The translations under genes and the position numbers were made by a program. The notes beneath the pieces are model-generated. The model saw only the letters and a program-made list of their open reading frames with translations. It searched no databases and was not told the origin of the DNA. Positions 51,931 through 64,000 of a stretch of 64,000 nt of DNA are shown piece by piece (the first letter of the stretch is position 1; each line of letters begins with the position of its first letter). The stretch spans positions 4,847 through 68,846 of the forward strand of contig JBEDUI010000296.1 of assembly GCA_040414495.1 (NCBI GenBank). The letters run 5' to 3'. Source of the DNA: Mycobacteriales bacterium. GTDB lineage: Bacteria; Actinomycetota; Actinomycetes; Mycobacteriales; QHCD01.

Positions 51931-53535
51931 GTGATTACAGCAACGCAGCTGGAACTGCGCGCTGGCGCACGTATCCTGCTCTCCGACGTCACCCTCCGCG
52001 TACAACCTGGCGACCGCATCGGCCTTGTCGGCCGCAACGGCGCCGGCAAAACCACCACCTTGCGCGCCCTCGCCGGCGAATCCCTGCCGTACGCCGGCAG
52101 CATCGACCGCCGCGGCGATCTCGGCTATCTGCCGCAGGATCCGCGTACCGGCGATCTCGATGTCACCGCCCGGGACCGGGTGCTCTCCGCCCGCGGGCTG
52201 GACGAGCTGCTGCACAACATGGAGAAGACCCAGGTGGCGATGGCCGGCGCGGCCACCGATGCCGCCCGGGACAAGGCGGTCCGGCGCTACGGCAACCTCG
52301 AAGATTCGTTCGCTGCGCTGGGCGGGTACGCCGCCGAGAGCGAGGCGGCCCGGATCTGCGCCAACCTCGGCCTGCCCGACCGGGTGCTGGCCCAGCCGCT
52401 GCGCACCCTCTCCGGCGGTCAACGCCGCCGCATCGAACTGGCCCGGATCCTGTTCAGCGACGCCGAAACGTTGCTCCTGGACGAGCCGACCAACCACCTG
52501 GACGCTGACTCGATCGTCTGGCTGCGTGACTACTTGAAGAGCCACGACGGCGGGTTGATCGTGATCAGCCACGACGTCGAGTTGCTCGACCACGTGGTCA
52601 ACAAGGTCTGGCACCTGGACGCCAACCGGGCCGAGGTCGACATCTACAACCTCGGCTGGAAGGCGTACCTGCAGCAACGCGAGACCGACGAGCGTCGCCG
52701 ACACCGGGAACGCAAGAACGCCGAGAAGAAGGCGTCGGCGTTGTTGAGTCAGGCCGACAAGATGCGGGCCAAGGCGACGAAGGCGGTCGCCGCGCAGAAC
52801 ATGGCCCGCCGCGCCGAACGGCTGCTGGCCGGGGTGAGCGAGGTACGGCAGGCGGACAAGGTCGCCCGGGTGCGGTTCCCGACCCCGGCGCCGTGCGGCC
52901 GGACCCCGTTGACCGCCGAGGGCTTGTCCAAGTCGTACGGGTCGCTGGAGATCTTCACCGACGTCGACCTGGCCATCGACCGGGGGACGCGGGTGGTCGT
53001 GCTGGGCCTCAACGGTGCCGGCAAGACGACGTTGCTGCGCATCCTGGCCGGCATGGAGACCTCGGACACCGGGGCGGTGAAGCCAGGTCATGGGCTGCAG
53101 CTGGGGTACTACGCCCAAGAACACGAGACGGTCGACCACGATCGTACGGTCCTGGAGAACATGCGCGCCGCCTCGCCCTCCAGCATGACCGACACCGAGC
53201 TACGCCGGATTCTCGGTGCGTTCCTGTTCTCCGGAGACGCGGTCGACCAGCGGGCCGGCACGCTCTCCGGTGGCGAGAAGACCCGACTGGCGCTGGCCGG
53301 CTTGGTGTGTTCGGCGGCGAACGTACTGCTGCTGGATGAGCCGACCAACAACCTCGATCCGGCCTCGCGCGAACAGGTTCTGGACGCGCTGCGTACGTTC
53401 GCCGGCGCCATCGTGCTCGTCACTCACGACGAGGGCGCGGTCGAGGCGTTGCAGCCAGACCGGGTGATCCTGCTGCCGGATGGCGTTGAGGACACGTGGA
53501 GCGCTGACTTCGCCGACCTGGTCGCATTGGCCTGA
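51931..53535 (+). CDS. ABC-F family ATPase (two NBDs, no TM domain; Rv1473-like)
   Basis: VITATQLELRAGARILL..GLVGRNGAGKTT.., a basic inter-domain linker (..RETDERRRHRERKNAEKKA..), then a second NBD ..LGLNGAGKTT..LSGGEKTRLAL..LLLDEPTNNLD. GTG 51931. Confidence 0.9.
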   Translation: MITATQLELRAGARILLSDVTLRVQPGDRIGLVGRNGAGKTTTLRALAGESLPYAGSIDRRGDLGYLPQDPRTGDLDVTARDRVLSARGLDELLHNMEKTQVAMAGAATDAARDKAVRRYGNLEDSFAALGGYAAESEAARICANLGLPDRVLAQPLRTLSGGQRRRIELARILFSDAETLLLDEPTNHLDADSIVWLRDYLKSHDGGLIVISHDVELLDHVVNKVWHLDANRAEVDIYNLGWKAYLQQRETDERRRHRERKNAEKKASALLSQADKMRAKATKAVAAQNMARRAERLLAGVSEVRQADKVARVRFPTPAPCGRTPLTAEGLSKSYGSLEIFTDVDLAIDRGTRVVVLGLNGAGKTTLLRILAGMETSDTGAVKPGHGLQLGYYAQEHETVDHDRTVLENMRAASPSSMTDTELRRILGAFLFSGDAVDQRAGTLSGGEKTRLALAGLVCSAANVLLLDEPTNNLDPASREQVLDALRTFAGAIVLVTHDEGAVEALQPDRVILLPDGVEDTWSADFADLVALA

Positions 53536-53701
53536 CCGTTCGGCCCAGCCGGCGCTGCCTGGGACGGGGGCCTGGCCAATGTGGCATTCGGGCGGCGTGG
53601 AAATCCGCCTGATCTCCTAGCCGTGGCCGCCCTGGTGAGTGATCATGGGTTGACTGGACCCGTTGTCCCCCAGGGCGAGCCAGGCAGAGGAGGCAATCGA
53701 C

Positions 53702-53914
53702 GTGGCCGATCTGAAGAAGGGCGCCCGAATCACCGGCGCGACGCGTGCGAAGCTGTCCGTAGACCTGCGCAAGAAGTACGACTCGGGGAAGAGCATCCGG
53801 GCTCTTGCCGAGGAGTCCGGCCGATCGTACGGCTTTATCCACCGCATCCTTTCTGAGTCCGGGGCACCGCTGCGCGGTCGTGGCGGTCCGACCCGGCGCA
53901 AAAAGACCGACTAG
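53702..53914 (+). CDS. small helix-turn-helix domain protein
   Basis: GTG 53702 with gaggagg RBS. VADLKKGARITGATRAKLSVDLRKKYDSGKSIRALAEESGRSYGFIHRILSESG.. Sits after the ABC-F gene, the Rv1473A position. Confidence 0.7.
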   Translation: MADLKKGARITGATRAKLSVDLRKKYDSGKSIRALAEESGRSYGFIHRILSESGAPLRGRGGPTRRKKTD

Positions 53915-53916
53915 CG

Positions 53917-54666
53917 CTACAACCCCGGGGTGACGCCTCCGTCCACAGCCAGCATGGTGCCGGTGATGTACGAGGCCGCGGGGGAGAGCACGAATGCGGC
54001 GACCCGCCCGAACTCGGCGGGTTCTCCGTAGCGACCGAGCGGAATGTTTCGCAGTTTGGCACTACGGGTGGCGTCGGACTCGGCAGCCGAGACCTCCCGT
54101 AGCCGATCGGTAGCGATTGATCCGGGCAGCAGCCCATTCACGCGGATACCGCGCGGCCCAAATTCGGTCGCCATTGATTTCGCCACCATCGCCAGGCCCG
54201 GCCGGATGCCGTTGGAGATGGCCAGTTCCGGCCGCGCTGCGCGCACCGTCGAGGACAGTACGAAGGCGAGTGCGCCACCGGTCGGCAGGCTTTCGGCGAC
54301 TTGACGGGCAAGGCGCAGCGCGCCGAGAAATACGGTGTCGAATGCCTGTCGCCATTGCTCTTCGGTGATGTCGGCCAGCGTGCCAGCCGGTGGTCCGCCG
54401 ACGCTGATCAGCGCCCCATCGAGCCGGCCGAATTCGTCCTGCGCCGATTCGATGAGGCGTCCCGGCGTGGCCGGGTCGGCCAGATCTGCCACCACGCCGC
54501 GGGCCGAGCTGCCCAGCGCATCAACGGTCGCCGCGACCGATGCCGGGTTGGGCGAGGAGACGACCACGTGCGCGCCGTCGGTCACCAGGGCCTCGGCCCC
54601 GGCCCGGCCAAGCCCACGCGTACCGCCGGTGACGAGATAGGTGCGGCCTGCTAGTCCAAGATCCAC
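53917..54666 (-). CDS. SDR family oxidoreductase
   Basis: ..YLVTGGTRGLGRAGAEAL.. (TGxxxGxG) and a Rossmann pattern. 249 aa. Confidence 0.85.
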   Translation of the reverse strand: MDLGLAGRTYLVTGGTRGLGRAGAEALVTDGAHVVVSSPNPASVAATVDALGSSARGVVADLADPATPGRLIESAQDEFGRLDGALISVGGPPAGTLADITEEQWRQAFDTVFLGALRLARQVAESLPTGGALAFVLSSTVRAARPELAISNGIRPGLAMVAKSMATEFGPRGIRVNGLLPGSIATDRLREVSAAESDATRSAKLRNIPLGRYGEPAEFGRVAAFVLSPAASYITGTMLAVDGGVTPGL

Positions 54667-54897
54667 GCCGGGATCCTTCCGTACGCGATCCCGGCTGCGC
54701 TACGTCCGGACGCTGTGTGGTTCACTACTTCGGTGCATATGACGACGAGCCAGCTAACCGCCTGCGCGGTCGGCCTCGTCGTGCACTGTTGTTGTTGCCG
54801 CTGATCGCGCCTTTCGACCGATCCGCAGGCCAGCCCCGTAGCTGTTCGCGCCGATGTGCGCAACGCCGGGGCGCGAAAATAGCGAGCGACAACACCC

Positions 54898-55713
54898 GTG
54901 ACAATCTCGTTCTCCGAACCACAATCCACCGCCACCCTTAACGGCCGTACCGTCATCGTGCTGCACGCCCATCCCGACGATGAGGCGATCTTCACCGGGG
55001 TGACCATCCGCCGCCTCGCCGATGCTGGTGCGCGGGTCGTGATGATCACGGCCACCAACGGCGATCTCGGCGAGGAATTCGTCCCGCTGGGCGCCGGGGA
55101 ATCGATCAGCGCCCGGCGTACCGCCGAATTGGAACGGGCGGCCGAGATTCTCGGCGTATCCCGGCTGATCCAGCTTGGCCGGCGCGATTCCGGGCTTCCC
55201 GGTTGGCCGGCCAATCAGCATCCGGACGCTTTGATGTCGGCCGATATCGACACGCTGGCGCGCACTGTCGCCGATATCGCGGCGACCGAGAATGCCGAAG
55301 CGGTCGTGCATTACGACCGGCAGGGTATTTACGGGCACCCCGATCACGTGGCGGTGCACCGGATCGGCCGGGCGGCGGCCGACTTGGCTCGCGTGACCGC
55401 ATACGAGTCCACTGTGGACCGTGAGCAGCTGCGCCTGGCCGATGGCCGTAAGCACCTCATTTACGCCGCATCCAAGGCGGTCCGGTCCGGTCCGATCGGG
55501 CACGTGAGCGCCGAGATCACGCTGGCGGTCGCCGGCGAGGAACGCGACCTGCGCGCGAAACGGGCCGCGATCATCGCGCATTCCAGCCAGGTCCGGGATG
55601 AGGAATTGGCCGGACTGGACGGCTTCGCTCAGGCGTACGGGCTGGAGTGGTACGTACGGGTGGGGGCGCCGGCGCTGCTGGACGAGTTGGGCAACGCGCA
55701 CATCGTGAGCTGA
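54898..55713 (+). CDS. PIG-L (LmbE-like) family deacetylase
   Basis: ..VIVLHAHPDDEAIFTG.. and ..YGHPDHVAVH.. zinc-ligand motifs. Confidence 0.85.
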   Translation: MTISFSEPQSTATLNGRTVIVLHAHPDDEAIFTGVTIRRLADAGARVVMITATNGDLGEEFVPLGAGESISARRTAELERAAEILGVSRLIQLGRRDSGLPGWPANQHPDALMSADIDTLARTVADIAATENAEAVVHYDRQGIYGHPDHVAVHRIGRAAADLARVTAYESTVDREQLRLADGRKHLIYAASKAVRSGPIGHVSAEITLAVAGEERDLRAKRAAIIAHSSQVRDEELAGLDGFAQAYGLEWYVRVGAPALLDELGNAHIVS

Positions 55714-55736
55714 CCGAGTTTTGAGACGATGGCGTA

Positions 55737-57425
55737 ATGCCCGCCGCCGATATCCCTGAGTTGAATCCGTCGACCGCCCTGGCCGGCGTCATCGTCGACG
55801 AGCTGATCCGGAACGGCGTACGGCACGTGGTGCTGTGTCCGGGCTCGCGCAACGCCCCGCTGTCGTTCGCACTACACGCGGCCGACGCGGCCGGGCGGTT
55901 GCGGTTGCATGTCCGCATCGACGAACGGTCGGCCGGATTCCTGGCGCTGGGGCTGTCCAAGGGGCTGGCGTTGGAGGGTCGCCGGGACGGGCTGGCCGCC
56001 GTCGTGTGCACCTCGGGTACGGCGGTCGCGAACCTGCACCCGGCCGCGTTGGAGGCGGCCCACGCCGGCGAGCCGATCGTGCTGCTCACCGCCGACCGGC
56101 CGACCGCGTTGATCGGCAGCGGCGCGAACCAGACCACCCGCCAGCACGGCATCTTCGAGCCGGTGGTGTCCACAGTGGACTTTCCCGAAGCTGAGGTACG
56201 GGCCGGCCAGAATGCCGTGTGGCGCGGGCTGATCAGCCGCAACCTGGGGCCGGCCCGGGTGCCGGTGCACTTCAACGTCCCGTTCCGCGAGCCGTTGGTG
56301 CCGGCGGGCTCCGGCTGGCCGGAGCCGTTGGAGGGTCGACCCGACGGCGGTCCGTGGACCCGGTTCGCCGCGCCGGGGGCGCCCGTCGGTGCGCCTCGTA
56401 CGTTTCCGGCCCGCACCCTGGTCGTCGTCGGTACCGCGCCATACCCGACCGCACGACAGGCAGGTGAGGTCGCGGCCGGGCTGGGCTGGCCGGTCGTGAC
56501 CGAGCCGGGCGGTCGGTCGGGGGCGGCCGGCTCCGGCGCCGACATACTGCGGCACGGTGCCCTGCTGCTGGCTGGCGACCTGCCGGCGCGGCTGCGGCCG
56601 GAGGCGGTCGTGGTGGTCGGCCGGCCGACGCTGGGGCGGGGCGTGCAGCGGCTGCTGCGCGAGACCCCGCGGGTGCACGTGATCGACGATGCGACCGGTT
56701 ACGCCGATGCGCAGTACGTCGCGGCCAGCGTCGACCCGGAGCTGAACGCGGTCGCCGAACCGGACCCGGCCTGGTCGGCCGCTTGGCTGGCGGCCGACAA
56801 AATGGCGGCCTCAACGATTGAGGCGCATCTGGCGGCCGAACCGTGGCCGACCGGCCTGCACGTCGCCCGCGATCTGGTCGTCGCGCTCCCGTCCGGGGCG
56901 GCGCTTTTCCTCGGGTCCTCGAACGTGGTGCGTGATGTCGAACTGGCGACCGAGCCGCGGTCCGACGTCGCGATGGTGGTCAGCCGAGGCCTGGCCGGGA
57001 TCGATGGCAGCATCTCCACCGCCGCCGGCATCGCCCTGGCCTCGGGCCGGCCCGGCTACGCGCTGCTGGGCGACCTGACGTTCCTGCACGAGATCGGTGG
57101 ACTGCTCATCGGTCCGAGCGAGCAGCGGCCCGACCTGACGATCGTGGTGCTCAACGACAACGGCGGCGGGATCTTCGCGCTGCTGGAACAGGGCGCGCCC
57201 GAATACGCCGCTGCGTTCGAGCGGGTATTCGGCACGCCGCACGACACCGACCTGGCCGCGCTGTGCGCTGGGTACGGCGTCCCGCACCGCCGGCCGCAGA
57301 GTGCGGCCGAATTCGCCGCCGCGATCCGGCCCGGGCCGGGGTTACGGGTTGTTGAGGTACGGGCAGATCGGGCCGGGTTACGGGATCTGCACGCCCGGCT
57401 CCGCGCCGCCGTCGTCGACCGTTAA
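55737..57425 (+). CDS. menD: 2-succinyl-5-enolpyruvyl-6-hydroxy-3-cyclohexene-1-carboxylate synthase
   Basis: ..NPSTALAGVIVDELIRNGVRHVVLCPGSRNAPLSFAL..RIDERSAGFLALG..; ThDP motif ..GDLTFLHE..NDNGGGIF. Confidence 0.9.
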   Translation: MPAADIPELNPSTALAGVIVDELIRNGVRHVVLCPGSRNAPLSFALHAADAAGRLRLHVRIDERSAGFLALGLSKGLALEGRRDGLAAVVCTSGTAVANLHPAALEAAHAGEPIVLLTADRPTALIGSGANQTTRQHGIFEPVVSTVDFPEAEVRAGQNAVWRGLISRNLGPARVPVHFNVPFREPLVPAGSGWPEPLEGRPDGGPWTRFAAPGAPVGAPRTFPARTLVVVGTAPYPTARQAGEVAAGLGWPVVTEPGGRSGAAGSGADILRHGALLLAGDLPARLRPEAVVVVGRPTLGRGVQRLLRETPRVHVIDDATGYADAQYVAASVDPELNAVAEPDPAWSAAWLAADKMAASTIEAHLAAEPWPTGLHVARDLVVALPSGAALFLGSSNVVRDVELATEPRSDVAMVVSRGLAGIDGSISTAAGIALASGRPGYALLGDLTFLHEIGGLLIGPSEQRPDLTIVVLNDNGGGIFALLEQGAPEYAAAFERVFGTPHDTDLAALCAGYGVPHRRPQSAAEFAAAIRPGPGLRVVEVRADRAGLRDLHARLRAAVVDR

Positions 57426-58264
57426 ACGGCCACGAAGTCCCGTACCAGCTGCGCCAACCGCGTCGGCTGATCCAACGGAATCAACGTGTAGCTGTCCTCG
57501 ACCTCGACCAGCCGCCCGTGCGGCAGCAGCTCGGCCAGCCGCCGTCCGTGCTCGGGCGGCATGACCCGGTCCTCACTGGCCCAGATCACCAGGCTGGGCG
57601 ACTCGAACTTCGGCAGCTCGTCGGCCGCGCCCGTCAGCAGGCCCGGTGCGGCCGCGGCCGCCCGCAGCACCCGGACCGTGTCCCGCCGGATACCGCTCTG
57701 GCTCAGCACCGGCCGGATCCAGCGGGCGGTGGCAGCGTCGCCGCGTTTGGTCAGCCAGCCAAACGCGATCGGCAGCCGGCGCAGTGTCCGTAACCGCATC
57801 TGCTGCATGAACGCACCGAACAGGGCCGGTGGCAGCTTGCCGGTGAGCACCAGCGTCTTGCCGGTCAGCCCGGGCGGGAAGTTGTCGAACGCGTCGCAGG
57901 AGACGAGTACGACGCGCGCCACCCGTTCCGGTGGATCGCCCATCAGCAGCTGTACGAGCGCGCCGCCGGTGTCGTTGCCGACCAACGTCACGTCGTGCAG
58001 GTCGAGACGGTCAAGCAATTCAGCCACCAGCCGGGCAATACCGGGCAGCGACAGGTCGGCCTCGTCCCGTACTGGCCGCCGGTGCGCGCCCAACGGCAAC
58101 GTCGGCACTACGCAGCGATGATCGGCGGCCAGGTCGGCCACCGTGGCGTCCCACAGCGAGGAATCCATCAGCAGTCCGTGCAGCAGCACCAACACCGGAC
58201 CGGATCCGCTGTCCTCGTACTCGATCGTCCCGGCCGACAGCTCGATCGTTGGCATCGTGCTCAC
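57422..58264 (-). CDS. alpha/beta hydrolase
   Basis: ..GPVLVLLHGLLMDSSLW.. and ..LVGNDTGGAL.. nucleophile elbow. The stop codon shares TTAA with the convergent menD stop. Confidence 0.8.
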   Translation of the reverse strand: MSTMPTIELSAGTIEYEDSGSGPVLVLLHGLLMDSSLWDATVADLAADHRCVVPTLPLGAHRRPVRDEADLSLPGIARLVAELLDRLDLHDVTLVGNDTGGALVQLLMGDPPERVARVVLVSCDAFDNFPPGLTGKTLVLTGKLPPALFGAFMQQMRLRTLRRLPIAFGWLTKRGDAATARWIRPVLSQSGIRRDTVRVLRAAAAAPGLLTGAADELPKFESPSLVIWASEDRVMPPEHGRRLAELLPHGRLVEVEDSYTLIPLDQPTRLAQLVRDFVAV

Positions 58265-59199
58265 CCCCTCGCGGCGGTGGGCTCGGTCTGTTCCTGACCG
58301 AGCAGCGCCCGGCGCAGGAACGACAGCTCGGCCAGGACCGCCTGCTCGTGACCGCCGAGGAACGGCTCGTAATGCCCGCCGGGCATCCGGACCAACTCGG
58401 CGTTCGGCGCGCGATGCGCTGCCCGGACGGCGGGTGCCGCCAGCGCCGACTGGTCCTGATCGCAGACAAGTACGAGCAGCGGGATCCGTACCCGCGCCGC
58501 GTACCGTCCCGGCCGGTAGAAACCCAGCCGTAGCGCCGATCGGGCCGCCACCGTCTGCGTCCAGTCCGGATACCGGTCGGCCTGCAGCGCCTTGTCACCT
58601 TCGAGCGCGTCCGGGGTGCTGAGCATGGCGACCGTTCCGGGCGGGCCGACCAGCGGCACCAGGACCGGCCTGCGGCCGATCCGTCCGCCGAGCGTGTCGA
58701 GCACGCCCAGGGCGGTGAAGCGCAGCAACGCCAGTGGCCGCTGATGCCGGGCGAGGTTGCGCCCGGCGGCCAGTCCGTCGACGTTCGGGGTCTGCGCGAT
58801 CGCGGCGGCGAGCCCGGAATTGTCCGCGGCCACGCGCAGGATGTGGCCGCCGGAGGCGGAGAAGCCCCAGATCGCGAGCTTGGCCGGATCGACGCCAGGC
58901 AACCTGCCGGCGTACGAGATCGCGGCTTGCCAATCGGCGAGCTGATCTCTGATCGGCAGCACCTGGCGCGGTTGCCCGCCGCTCTCGCCGATGCGCCGGT
59001 AATCGAAGGCCAGCACGCTGAACCCGGCCTCGTGGAACCGGCGCGCGAACCGGTCGGTGCCCGGCTCCTTGGTGACGGCGAAGCCGCCGGCCATGATCAC
59101 GCACCCGCCGTTGTCGCCCGGATAGTGCCAGGCGGCGCAGTCGGTGTCACCACTGATGAAACGAACCTTTTCCCGCTCTATGGACACGTGGACCCCCAA
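58261..59199 (-). CDS. alpha/beta hydrolase
   Basis: ..IWGFSASGGH.. nucleophile elbow. 4-bp overlap with the downstream hydrolase gene. Confidence 0.8.
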   Translation of the reverse strand: MGVHVSIEREKVRFISGDTDCAAWHYPGDNGGCVIMAGGFAVTKEPGTDRFARRFHEAGFSVLAFDYRRIGESGGQPRQVLPIRDQLADWQAAISYAGRLPGVDPAKLAIWGFSASGGHILRVAADNSGLAAAIAQTPNVDGLAAGRNLARHQRPLALLRFTALGVLDTLGGRIGRRPVLVPLVGPPGTVAMLSTPDALEGDKALQADRYPDWTQTVAARSALRLGFYRPGRYAARVRIPLLVLVCDQDQSALAAPAVRAAHRAPNAELVRMPGGHYEPFLGGHEQAVLAELSFLRRALLGQEQTEPTAARG

Positions 59200-59300
59200 C
59201 GGTCGATAAGTGAACCACGAGGTTCACTTTACGGCGACGGCGCTCGTTCCGCCGGGAAATTCGGGAGCTTCCCGGTCCGGTTCTCGGCCACAATCACGCG

Positions 59301-60143
59301 GTGACCTCGCCAACACCGACCGTCCTCGCCCGTGACTACGGACTCACCGTGCAGACGATGACCGCGCATCCGGGCGGTTTCGAGAGCGAGTGTTGGATCG
59401 CCGACGACACCTGGTTCATCAAGCTGTGGCGCGATCCGGGGCAGCCGTCCGGTCTGCCGCTGCTCACCGAACTGGCCGCGCGCGGCCTTCCGGTGTCCGC
59501 ACCGGTCCCGACGATCTCCGGTGCGTTGTCCGCGTCCTGGCAGGGACGCCCGTACGCGGTCTTCCCGTACGTTCCCGGCCGGGCGCAGTCCGAGGACGAC
59601 TGGCCGCTGGTCGCCGCCGCGCTCAAGCAGGTGCACGGCCTGCGCGGCATCGACCTGCCGTACGCCACGATGGACGAGCCGGACATCCAGAAGCTGCGGG
59701 AACATACCGACCACCCGTGGATCCGCGACCGTAGCCAGGAAGTCCAGGGCGATATCGACCGGCTCGAGGGCGCCATCGCGCGCGCCCGCGCAGCCGACGT
59801 ACCCATCGTCGTCGCTCATCTGGACTTCGGTGGCGCCAACGTGCTGATCGAGGACGGTCGGGTCGCGGCGATCCTGGACTGGGACCAGGCCGTGCTCGGT
59901 CCGCGTGAACACGACGTATGGATCGCGGCGGAACGGAAGCACGGCGCCGAATTCCTCGCCGCGTACGGCGCCCGCGATCTCAACCTCGACCACATCGAGT
60001 ACGCCCTGCTGGCCCGGGCGCTGCGCGACATGGCCGCCCGCGTGCTGAGCGAGCGGGACCGGCCCGGCGTGGACACCTGGGGGTTCGACCGGATCGCCCG
60101 GCTGGAGTCCGATCTGGAGATGTTCCGGCCGTTCTGCCGGTGA
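59301..60143 (+). CDS. phosphotransferase (APH / choline-kinase fold) family protein
   Basis: ..VVAHLDFGGANVLIEDGRVAAILDWDQA.. (HxDxxxxN ... DWD Brenner and Mg motifs). Confidence 0.8.
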   Translation: MTSPTPTVLARDYGLTVQTMTAHPGGFESECWIADDTWFIKLWRDPGQPSGLPLLTELAARGLPVSAPVPTISGALSASWQGRPYAVFPYVPGRAQSEDDWPLVAAALKQVHGLRGIDLPYATMDEPDIQKLREHTDHPWIRDRSQEVQGDIDRLEGAIARARAADVPIVVAHLDFGGANVLIEDGRVAAILDWDQAVLGPREHDVWIAAERKHGAEFLAAYGARDLNLDHIEYALLARALRDMAARVLSERDRPGVDTWGFDRIARLESDLEMFRPFCR

Positions 60144-60146
60144 CTC

Positions 60147-60773
60147 CTAGGGCTGCGCCTCTTCCCGTTCCAACGCCCGCAGCAACGCCTTGAACCCGGC
60201 CCGCACGCCGGTCTCGTCGCCACTGGTCAGCCGGTCGATGAGAAAGCCACGCATCGCGGCCAGGATCATCTCGGCCACCTCGTGCTTGCGCTCGTCGGAC
60301 CAGCCCGGCGGACAGAGCGACATCAGCGTCGGCAGGTACTGCTGTGAGGCACCCCGACCCAACGCTCCGTAGCGGACCGGGTCGTACATCATCAGCCCGA
60401 TCGCCTGGTCCAGCACCCGCGACTCCTCGCCGATGAGCGCCGGCCACACCGCGCCCACCCGTTCGGCCAGCGTCCGGCCGCCCGGGTCCTGGCTCATCGC
60501 GGCCAGCGCGTTGCCGATACGTCGCTCGCGTAGCTCCAGGATCGCCTGGGCCAGCAGGTCGTCGGCCCCGTCGAAGTGGTACAGCAGCACCTTGTGCGTG
60601 GTGCCAGCCGCCCGCGCCGCCCGCCGCAACGAGAAGTCCACCAGCCCGTTGACCGCGAGGTCATCGGTGACCCGGTCGAGCAGCTCGCGGCGCCTGGCCT
60701 CACCGCGCGGCGTTCCGGCCGATCGCCGGTAGCCGACCCGGCGCAGCGAACCCTGTTCCGCGGACGCATTCAC
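60147..60773 (-). CDS. TetR family transcriptional regulator (AcnR position, downstream of acn)
   Basis: ..RRRELLDRVTDDLAVNGLVDFSLRRAARAAGTTHKVLLYHF.. Same strand as acn and immediately after it. Confidence 0.8.
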   Translation of the reverse strand: MNASAEQGSLRRVGYRRSAGTPRGEARRRELLDRVTDDLAVNGLVDFSLRRAARAAGTTHKVLLYHFDGADDLLAQAILELRERRIGNALAAMSQDPGGRTLAERVGAVWPALIGEESRVLDQAIGLMMYDPVRYGALGRGASQQYLPTLMSLCPPGWSDERKHEVAEMILAAMRGFLIDRLTSGDETGVRAGFKALLRALEREEAQP

Positions 60774-60866
60774 CCAGCCAGCATCTCACTGACCGAAACC
60801 GCCAGTAGCTGACACGGCAAAGCGCCGCCCACCCCCGGCCAGGGATGGGCGGCGCAATGGATGCGA

Positions 60867-63593
<2,727 letters not shown>

Positions 63594-63903
63594 GGGAAAA
63601 CTCCTCTCAGCCGGTGGCCTCCATCCTTCCGTAATGTGGCGCGAAGCGGCGCTGCGGGTCGGTACCGGTCAATGTGACGTTGGTCGGCTCGCCGCGACCT
63701 TTCCGCCGCATTCGGCGTTGCCCTTTTCATGCTGCCCGTCCAAATGCCGTTCACTCGTCAGACAACTGGGTCTGAAGCTGCCCTTCCGGGCAGAACTGGC
63801 GGGAAGCATTGGCGATCCGGGTCGGGCATCCGTACTGTCGATGCCTTGACGTGCCGGCGGGGTGGCACGGCTGGGCGCGGACCGGGATGGCAGGTGACAT
63901 GCA

Positions 63904-64000
63904 GTGGCTACTGAGGTGCACGATGTCGCCCGGGCGGTCGAACTAGTTGGCAGCGCCGAGGAGATAACGGTCCTGTCCGGTGCCGGCATCTCCACCGACA
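63904..64000 (+). CDS. Sir2-family NAD-dependent protein deacylase, 5' fragment (runs off window)
   Basis: GTG 63904 follows an in-frame TGA. VATEVHDVARAVELVGSAEEITVLSGAGISTD matches the Sir2 N-terminal GAGIS nucleotide-binding motif. Confidence 0.55.
   Translation, partial: MATEVHDVARAVELVGSAEEITVLSGAGISTD

Overview
This window is a core-chromosome segment from a high-GC (about 68-70%) actinobacterium. I found no rRNA, tRNA, CRISPR array, transposase or integrase. All family names come from reading motifs in the supplied translations; no searches were run.

Gene order follows the conserved actinobacterial backbone (M. tuberculosis Rv1420-Rv1475c / S. coelicolor SCO19xx neighbourhood):
- uvrC-rapZ-yvcK-whiA, then gap-pgk-tpiA, then secG-rbpA.
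- A minus-strand pentose-phosphate operon: tkt-tal-pgi-zwf-opcA-pgl.
- ctaB, then ctaA, then an ABC-2 transporter pair.
- sufR-sufB-sufD-Rieske-sufC-sufS-sufU-sufT.
- An acVLRF1-type release-factor homologue followed by an ABC-F ATPase and a small HTH protein.
- At the right end, a TetR (AcnR-position) gene with aconitase, and the start of a Sir2-family gene.

Accessory material interrupts this backbone in five places:
1. Left edge: a MatB-like fused deacetylase/GT2 exopolysaccharide synthase with a Pro-rich membrane partner, a broken VOC gene carrying a 14-bp triplication, a stand-alone asnB, and a protein with four DivIVA-domain repeats.
2. A 3.9-kb five-gene insertion between tpiA and secG: aldo-keto reductase, decayed HxlR, VOC, SRPBCC and ArsR.
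3. An 11.6-kb block between ctaB and ctaA: a Ddn-like deazaflavin-dependent (F420) reductase, TetR plus a heterodimeric ABC exporter, a small PLDc_N-like protein, a 730-bp gap with a 49-bp x4 minisatellite, and an HtrA/PepD-like protease, ogt, and an MprAB-like two-component system.
4. A translationally coupled vapB-vapC-third-gene cassette next to ctaA.
5. An SDR / PIG-L / menD / two alpha-beta hydrolases / APH block.

I see no clearly novel multi-gene system. The best candidates for follow-up are:
- the vapBC plus DUF6314-like three-gene cassette;
- the acVLRF1 / ABC-F ribosome-rescue pairing and its uORF-hairpin leader;
- the two intergenic tandem repeats;
- a RecA-independent (PafBC-type) promoter motif placed to give a leaderless uvrC transcript.

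Many long ORFs in the supplied track are GC-driven shadow frames and were rejected.
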